NCBI GenBank assembly: GCA_002269645.1
Contig: NIVC01000719.1
Coordinates: 398,243-462,242, forward strand
From: Macrostomum lignano
Taxonomy: Eukaryota
Direction of reading: 5' to 3'
DNA length: 64,000 nt
Part shown: in pieces, positions 24,901 through 33,900 of the stretch
Layout: every line of letters begins with the position of its first letter
Position numbering within the stretch: the first letter of the stretch is position 1
Notes under the pieces: generated by a model
Told to the model about the DNA's origin: nothing
Seen by the model: the letters and a program-made list of their open reading frames with translations, nothing else
The model's database searches: none
Made by a program: the position numbers and the translations under genes

Positions 24901-27900
24901 GTTCCCCTCCGGTTCCCCTCCGGTTCCCCTCCGGTTCCCCTCCGGTTCCCCTCCGGTTCCCCTCCGGTTCCCCTCCGGTTCCCCTCCGGTTCTCCTCCGG
25001 TTCCCCTCCGGTTCCCCTCCGGTTCCCCTCCGGTTCCCCTCCGGTTCCTCTCGTATTGCATTTAGTATTTAGTATTGCAATAATTTTAATAATTTTAGTA
25101 TTGCATTGTATTTGTCCTTTTGAGTTATTATTCATTTTCCTATTCCCAGGCTGACACTGTGACGCGAGGCTGGGTTGACAGCTTTCTTAAAAGACATCCA
25201 GAGCTTGCGTTGCGTATTCCTCAGGCTGTGAATCCTGGTCGGACAGTCGTCACAGAGGTCAGAATCCGCAACTGGTTTGAGGCGCTCGCTGCGTTTGAGA
25301 TGGATGAGCTACTTGACGGAGCGCTGCAGGATCCTGAGAGAATTTTTAACTGTGACGAAATCGCTGTTCCTCAGGGAATAAAGTCGCAAGCCGTTTTAGC
25401 ACCGAAAGGAATGCTTAATGTCGTTCAAAAGGTACATGGCAGTGATCGAAAGTTTACAACCGTTCTAGTCGCTGTTCAATGCGCAGGAAAGCTTCTGCCG
25501 CCTCGATTCGTTTTTCCTGGAAAAATTCAGCAGCGAACAGACCACTTGCCGCCGGACTGCCACTACAGTTTTTCGCCGAACGGCTGGATGACTACCTCTG
25601 GATTCGAGACTTTCATCCGCGAGACGTTTGTTCCATTTCTTGATGAAGAGAAAGTGCGCCGCCCGGTGGTTCTGTTTACGGATCTTCACGAATCTCGACT
25701 ATCTGTTGAGCTGCTGGAATATCTGCGTGAACAGAAGGTGGTTCTCTATGGGCTAGTTCCAAACGCGACGCACGTTATGCAGCCGCTCGACCTTGCCGTT
25801 TTTCGCCCAGTCAAGTGCGGGTGGCGAGAACTTCTTGCTGACAGATCACAGCAGGCTGCATTCGGCGGCAGCATCAGTCGGCAGCAGTTTGTGCACTTAT
25901 TTCGCGACGTGCTTCAACGAAAGGCAAACGCGTGCAACATTGCGGCTGGTTTCCGAAAGAGCGGAATATTTCCAAGAAATCCGGACGCACCACCATACGA
26001 CAAGTTACTAAAGAGAGTCGACATATCAAAAAGCGGTGGTGTCACGCCGAACAACGAGCTATCATCTGGCAACGAGGAGCAGCTGAAAACGACTCCTAAA
26101 GCAGAAAAAACTTGTCAGACTGTTAGTGGATCAGTGGAGCAGTGCTTTGAGCGAGTTTTCGGCACAGAAAAGCTGTTTCAGCTGCAAACTCAGCCGCCTG
26201 TCTCTGCAGAAGATCGAAGGCTTCAGCAACTTTTCTGGCTGCTGTCAGGCAACGTAAGGGCGGACAGGCCATGTGATAACCACATCGCAAGCTCTGGTGA
26301 CACAGTGGAGAGCCTTCTGGGAAGCCTGCCGTCTTCGCCGTCTCCCGGCAGCAGCCCGCCGCCTCGCGACAGCAGCCCGGCGCCTCTCGGCAGCAGCCCG
26401 CCGCCTCGCGACAGCAGCCCGGCGCCTCCCGGCAGCAGCCCGCCGCCTCGCGACAGCAGCCCGGCGCCTCCCAGCAGCAGCCCGGCGCCTCCCGGCAGCA
26501 GCCCGCCGCCTCGCGACAGCAGCCCGGCGCCTCCCGGCAGCAGCCCGCCGCCTCGCGACAGCAGCCCGGCGCCTCCCGGCAGCAGCCCGCCGCCTCGCGA
26601 CAGCAGCCCGCCGCCTCGCGACAGCAGCCTGGCGCCTCCCGGCAGCAGCCCGCCGCCTCGCGACAGCAGCCCGGCGCCTCCCGGCAGCAGCCCGCCGCCT
26701 CGCGACAGCAGCCCGCCGCCTCGCGACAGCAGCCCGCCGCCTCGCGACAGCAGCCCGGCGCCTCCCGGCAGCAGCCCGCCGCCTCGCGACAGCAGCCCGA
26801 CGCCTCCCGGCAGCAGCCCGCCGCCTCGCGACAGCAGCCCGGCGCCTCCCGGCAGCAGCCCGCCGCCTCGCGACAGCAGCCCGCCGCCTCGCGACAGCAG
26901 CCCGGCGCCTCCCGGCAGCAGCCCGGCGCCTCCCGGCAGCAGCCCGCCGCCTCGCGACAGCAGCCCGCCGCCTCGCGACAGCAGCCCGGCGCCTCCCGGC
27001 AGCAGCCCGGCGCCTCCCGGCAGCAGCCCGGCGTCTGACTGTTTCACTGAGGCCACAATCGCAATGTGTGATTCAGATGTGGATTCTGAGCCACCCTCAG
27101 GTAAGAATTTTTATTAAATTTCTTCTGCCTGGCTTTGCTTCGGACATAGACGGGTTTTTATTGGTAGAGCTTCTTACGCTCGTAGCTTTGTCTAATCGCG
27201 TGTATTTAAAGGCTCATAATCCGACTTAACATTCTGTCATGAGAAGGGAACTGCGAGCAGATTCCCCCTGAAATAATCTGCTTACTTTTATTACAAGACT
27301 AGAATTTTAGCAAAGATCTTTTCCCTCAGAGCTGTCCGCGGCTGGGACTCGTGGGTCATTGAGTGCACTCCTGCTTTATTTATGTAATTGACTCACTCGT
27401 ACGTATTATGCCTAAAGACAGCTTCAAACAGCCTTAAAGACTGTCGCAGATTTTTTCGGGCAATGATATTCGTATTGGAGTAAGCAAATCTTAATTAGAG
27501 CTAGATGTTTGCTCTTCCTAATTCAACAGATTCGTTCTGTCCTGTCGAATCTATCTCAGCTGCGGCGGCGGCTGCAGTTTCTTCTTTCGTTCTACCTGTG
27601 AACAGAAAGAGGAAGGCAGCAGAGGAGGCCTCAAGTTCGAAAAGAGGCAAATCGACTTGCCAGGACCTGCCGGACTCCAACCTCACAAGCCTGTCAACGC
27701 TGTCCTTTTTACGCAACAAGGCCAACAACCGGCGAGCACTGGCTGATGCCAAGAAGATGCGTGTAGCGAAACGTCAGCTCAACGCGCAGAAAAAAAATAC
27801 CAAATGGGCAACCCAGCAGAAAAAAATTGCTGAGCGAATGAAAGCCGGTGAATCTGCAAAGCAGGTCTCTCAAAGTGCATACACCGCTAAATTGAAGGCA

Positions 27901-30900
27901 AAAGCAAGTTCCTTGGATTGCATCCTCGGCCAAACAAAATCCTTTGGCGACTGCTTTTTTGAGTCAATCGCTCAGTTGCTGCAGAACGAAGGTTCTGACG
28001 CCGATCATATGCAGCTTCGTCAGCAGTCTTGTGACTACCTGGTTGAAAATCCAGTAATCTGCGGAACGGTCTTGACCGATTTCATCGAAGGCAATGACTT
28101 CGAGAACTACATCAGCAGAATGCGCCGCTCGGGCACGTACGCCGATCACGTCGCAATAATCGGCACTGCCAATTCGCTAGGCCGAGCCATTCATATTTAT
28201 CAACCCGATAAGCCAGCGCCGGTCAAAATTACAGCTGCCAGTGCAAAGCAGATGAAATCGCCACTCAAGATCGCCCACATTCCTGAGCTGCATTATCAAC
28301 CGCTTTTGCCAAATCCAAGTGCTCTGCTAGAGAATTCGACCCCAGTGCCTCTTTGCGCAGGGGACTGGGCCCTTGTCGCCGTGAAGGCCGAATTGCGCAA
28401 CAAAGCCACCTGGAAATTTTTTCCATCCCGCATCGAGCAACTCGACAGCGAACAAGCCGTAGTTTCGGCCTGCGCCATGTCCGTCTCGGAATGGATCGCA
28501 CGGGGGAGACGGCGGCCGTTTGTCTTCCCGGTCGAGGAAGATTTATTCTCCGTTCACGTGAGTGAGCTGGCCCGATTGCCAGAACCGGCTGCCGCAGCAG
28601 GACGAGCACACGGATGGCAATGGACGCTCACTGAGCTCATGGCAGCGAGAAATAAGATAAAAACTGACTAGCTTGTAGTTGACTTTTGGCTAGGCCTAAT
28701 CAGTCCGCTAGCCTTACTTTTCGCTCGACTTTTCTCTCCGCTCCCCTCTTCGTCTTAAGTGCTTAAAATTTGCACATTTTACATCGATTTGCAATTACTG
28801 TATATGATGCTCAGTCAATTTTTGGATCGTTTCATGCTTTGCCTACTACATTAGTAACTGATCTGGTCTTTTATAATAATAACTCGTGTATTTATAGTTC
28901 GTTTTAATGTTTTCTGTATTGCTGCTCGCATTTATCACTGTCCTATCATTTCTGAATCATTAAATTATGTCAACTTCCGTTGCTTTTCGCATAATTGGGT
29001 TAAATATTGTACGAGCAGTAGAGTATTGCTAACTTAATTTTTATTGATTCGAAAGAAATTAGGGGTTAACACCTCACGCACTCGCATACTCTATACACTA
29101 TAAGAGCTATAGTTGTATAGGTCCTAGTCTCCGCTTTGATCGTTATTGCATCGCTCGTGTTTTAATCAATTCGATCAATGTGTTTTGTAATGTAATAAAT
29201 TAGTAAATATAAAACCAAATAAAAGTAAAGAAATGCTTTTTCTCGTCTAATTCAGCTGTTGCTTGCCTTTAATTAACAGTTCCAATTAAATAAGTTTATG
29301 AGCAGAATCTCTTTTGAAAAGAGATTCTTTCGTTGATATCGAGTTAAATGCAGTGCACAGAAAGGAAAGTAGGGCCTATATATCAGTAATATCATTTATC
29401 AGGCGGGGAGGAGAGGGGAGACAAGGGGCAGGAGAGGAGACAAGGGGCAGGAGAGGAGACAAGGGGCAGGAGAGGAGACAAGGGGCAGGAGAGGAGACAA
29501 GGGGCAGGAGAGGAGGGGGGACAGTTTTGAAGGATGAAATTTAATTTAAAAAATTTAGTGATCGTACGAAACAAAAAACATGAAGATATCTGAGAGCACC
29601 AAAATAAGCTGCAGGGCGCTAAAAGGAGCCGCAGGCGCCGAAATAAGCTGCAGGGCGCTAAAAAGAGCCGCAGGCGCCGAAATAAGCTGCAGGGCGCTAA
29701 AAAGAGCCGCAGGGCGCTAAAAAGAGCCGCAGGGCGCTAAAAAGAGCCGCAGGCGCCGAAATAAGCTGCAGGGCGCTAAAAAGAGCCGCAGGGCGCTAAA
29801 AAGAGCCGCAGGGCGCTAAAAAGAGCCGCAGGCGCCGAAATAAGCTGCAGGGCGCTAAAAAGAGCCGCAGGGCGCCGAAATAAGCTGCAGGGCGCTAAAA
29901 AGAGCCGCAGGCGCCGAAATAAGCTGCAGGGCGCTAAAAAGAGCCGCAGGGCGCTAAAATAAGCTGCAGGGCGCCGAAATAAGCTGCAGGGCGCTAAAAA
30001 GAGCCGCAGGCGCCAAAATAAGCTGCAGGGTGCTAAAAAGAGCCGCAGGCGCCAAAAAAAGCTGCAGGGCGCTAAAAAGAGCCGCAGGCGCCGAAATAAG
30101 CTGCAGGGCGCTAAAAAGAGCCGCAGGGCGCCGAAATAAGCTGCAGGGCGCTAAAAAGAGCCGCAGGGCGCCAAAATAGGCTGCAGGGCGCTAAAAAGAG
30201 CCGCAGGGCGCTAAAAAGAGCCGCAGGGCGCTAAAAAGAGCCGCAGGGCGCCAAAATAAGCTGCAGGGCGCCAAAAAGAGCCGCAGGGCGCTAAAAAGAG
30301 CCGCAGGGCGCCAAAATAGGCTGCAGGGCGCTAAAAAGAGCCACAGGGCGCTAAAAAGAGCCGCAGGGCGCCAAAATAAGCTGCAGGGCGCCAAAAAGAG
30401 CCGCAGGGCGTCAAAATGAGTACTATAGGGCGCCTCTATGGCGCTTCTATAAAGTTCCTTCTATGGCGCTCGCGCACAAGGCGCCTCCCAAAGTGGGCCC
30501 CAAAAGGGTTCCCCAAAATAGCGCCTCTTTGTGGCGCCCCCCCCCCAATTCTTAGCCTCATTCTTCCCGAATTAAGCAAATGTCTTGATCCGCCACTGGA
30601 CAGGACATGTAATCGTACAAACAGAATTTTAATCCTGCATGCTAAGCTCTGCAATGCGCAGAGTCCCCAATCGAGAAGCTTGCTTTAATTGCACACCGTA
30701 ATATATAGCCCTACCGCCCCTACACCCTGCTGAGTTTCTAGAAGTTGGAATGGGCGAATGGCTCAGTGCCATCTGAGCGGGATATAATTGACCAAATCGC
30801 TGCCCTCTTTGCATGCTTGCGAAAACGGTTGATTTCCTGGTGTGAATTAAAGTTTGAGCTTAGCTGTAAGGGGCTATCTGTATGCGCGATTCGCACATTG

Positions 30901-33900
30901 ATTGCGCAATGACTATTGTATAGCTTTTGGCTCACTGAATTGGCAGGCGGTTATCGATAACCATTATATAAACAACAGGGTAGAATCAATTTTTGTTGAC
31001 AATATGGTTCAGCGTTTTGCACCTCCTTACGGAGCAGAAAACCGTCGGATTCCCACGTCTCACATCATGCACTCAACCTCGCTGTGGTTATGCTTTTCGC
31101 GGGATAAAAATCGTCTTTCTTCACACCTCACTTTACCCCGATTGAACTTGTCAAAAAAGTCAAAGTTGAACTCTGCACGCTCTTTTTTGTGCGAGTATAT
31201 CAGTCCCCACAGCAACGCTTGTGTAAATACAGAAAAGCATCCAATGCATCCAATGCAGGCTTGCATCATTGAGGCACCGCCTCTTGTAGGCCATTCTGGT
31301 TATCGCTCTTTCTCACTTGTCCTTACCCCTCTCATCATCGACCTGATCAGGACGAAGTAAATAAATACCTAGCAACCGGGTTTTAAGCAAAAAAAGAATT
31401 TTCCACTTAAAATACATATTTAAAAGGCGTCAATGATCAACCAGTTGCATGCAATACATTTTAGAGATGTATAAAAAATCAGTTTGCGGGGAGATAGGGT
31501 TGATTGGCATAAGGTCGAGCAAGGAGACATGCATGCAGGAAAGGGAAGATAGGCAGGCAGAGGGAGAAACGCAAGCTGTCTGCGAGATGGGAAGCAAGAG
31601 CTAACACCCTCTGCTTACTAGGGCTCTTCTGCTCACTACTCCCCCTCTTCTGCTCAGCGCGTTTGGAGCCTGAACCATGGGCTGCTGCGTGGTACCTCGA
31701 AAAAAGTCAAGAGCGTGATTAAGAGGATAAAGACGTGAGAGACGGGAGAGCAAGAAAAATTTCCCCCTCTTCCTGCCTCTGCTCACCGCTCTCCCCCTCC
31801 TGCTCACGCTCCTGCTCACGTGCCGTCCTCTCTATTCCTTCTCTCCTACATGAGCAACGGCCAAACTTGAGTTTCAGTCTCTGGACTAGACTCCCATTCT
31901 CATAGGAGCCATCGGCTTCTGCCAGTTGAGGAGGTCACTTAAGCAAAACCGGAGGGACAAACTGCCTTCGGGCCTTTTCGAATCGGCCCAAATCAATCGA
32001 AAATCCCATCCCCACCCCAACTCCCTCACTATGACAATCAAAGAGCCATTCCAAGTGCGCATCCAATCAGTGAAGACCAGTTTTGAATCGACCGATTTCT
32101 ACTGGATAGTTCATTCCTATTCGTTCTCACGTTTTTGCTCAACCTCAAGTTGAATGAATATCTTGCGGAGTCCTAACTACATTTAAAGCTAGATCAAGAT
32201 AATATAATAGAATATATCAATAAGCTATATCAAAGGTTTAAAGGATAGGCTAGCCTAGCCAGTAGTTATTCAACAAACCTGCTGACGAAAAGAACTAAAA
32301 CTCCTCGAAATTTCCACACTAAAAGCACTGCAGTGGTCCGCATGGCACGGGACCCCCAAAAGGTAAGCGTCTGTATATTCGGAAATGACTAGGTCCATTT
32401 TTTGCATGTTTGAAATACTCAGCTAGGCTATATAATACACCTTAATGCTATTCCTCGTATTTATAAACGTAGGCCCAATCACTAGCCAGCATAAAAAACA
32501 CAGTCTCTTCTCCATCTCTTCTCCCCAGTCCCCATCTCCTCTACGCTGTTTACTCTCCGCTGGTCTCCTCTCCGCTTGTCTCCTCTCCGCTCGTCTCTTC
32601 TCTGCGTCTCCTCTCCGCCGGCCTCCTCTCCGCGTCTCATCTCCGCCGGTCTCCTCTCCACCGGTCTCCTTTCCGCGTCTCATCTCCGCCGGTCTCTTCT
32701 CCGCGTCTCATCTCCGCCGGTCTCCTCTTCGCTCGTCTCTTCTCCGCGTCTCCTCTCCGCTGGTCTCCTCTCTCTCCGCTGGTCTCCTCTCTCTCCGCTA
32801 GTCTCCTCTCTCTCCGATGGTGTCCTCTTTCTCCTCCGGTCTCCTCTTTCTCCGCTGGTCTCCCTTCTCTCCGCTGGTCTCCTCTCTCTCCGCTGGTCTC
32901 CTCTCTCTCCTCCGGTCTTCTCTCCTCCGGTCTTCTCTCCGCCGGTCTCCTCTTTCTCCTTCAGTCTCATCTCTCTCCGCTGGTCTCCCCTCTCTCCGCT
33001 GGTCTCCTCTTTCTCCTTCAGTCTCATCTCTCTCCGCTGGTCTCCTCTCTCTCCGCTGGTCTCCTCTCTCTCCGCTGGTCTCCTCTCTCTCCGCTGGCCT
33101 CCTCTCTCTCCGCTGGCCTCCTCTCTCTCCGCTGGCCTCCTCTCTCTCCGCTGGTCTCCCCTCTCTCTTCGCTGGTCTCCTCTCCGCCGGTCTCCTCTCT
33201 CTCCTCCGGTCTTCTCTCCGCCGGTCTCCTCTCTCTCCGCTGGTCTCCCCTCTCTCCGCTGGTCTCCTCTCTCTCCGCTGGTCTCCTCTTTCTCCTTCAG
33301 TCTCATCTCTCTCCGCTGGTCTCCCCTCTCTCCGCTGGTCTCCTCTTTCTCCTTCAGTCTCATCTCTCTCCGCTGGTCTCCCCTCTCTCCGCTGGTCTCC
33401 TCTTTCTCCTTCAGTCTCATCTCTCTCCGCTGGTCTCCCCTCTCTCCGCTGGTCTCGTCTCTCTCCGCTGGCCTCCTCTCTCTCCGCTGGCCTCCTCTCT
33501 CTCCGCTGGCCTCCTCTCTCTCCGCTGGTCTCCCCTCTCTCTTCGCTGGTCTCCTCTCCGCCGGTCTCCTCTCTCTCCACTGGTCTCCTCTTTCTTCTCC
33601 GGTCTCCTCTCTCTCCGCTGGTCTCCCCTCTCTCCGCTGGTCTCCTCTCTCTCCGCTGGTCTCCTCTTTCTCCTTCAGTCTCATCTCTCTCCGCTGGTCT
33701 CCCCTCTCTCCGCTGGTCTCCTCTTTCTCCTTCAGTCTCATCTCTCTCCGCTGGTCTCCCCTCTCTCCGCTGGTCTCGTCTCTCTCCGCTGGTCTCCTCT
33801 CTCTCCGCTGGCCTCCTCTCTCTCCGCTGGCCTCCTCTCTCTCCGCTGGTCTCCCCTCTCTCTTCGCTGGTCTCCTCTCCGCCGGTCTCCTCTCTCTCCA

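Noticed and set aside
21480-30598. GGTGGCGGATCC and GATCCGCCACTG as TIRs of a hAT element enclosing the transposase
   Set aside because: Only a 10-bp match of a common hAT end motif, no TSD, and the enzyme is pogo-type rather than hAT.
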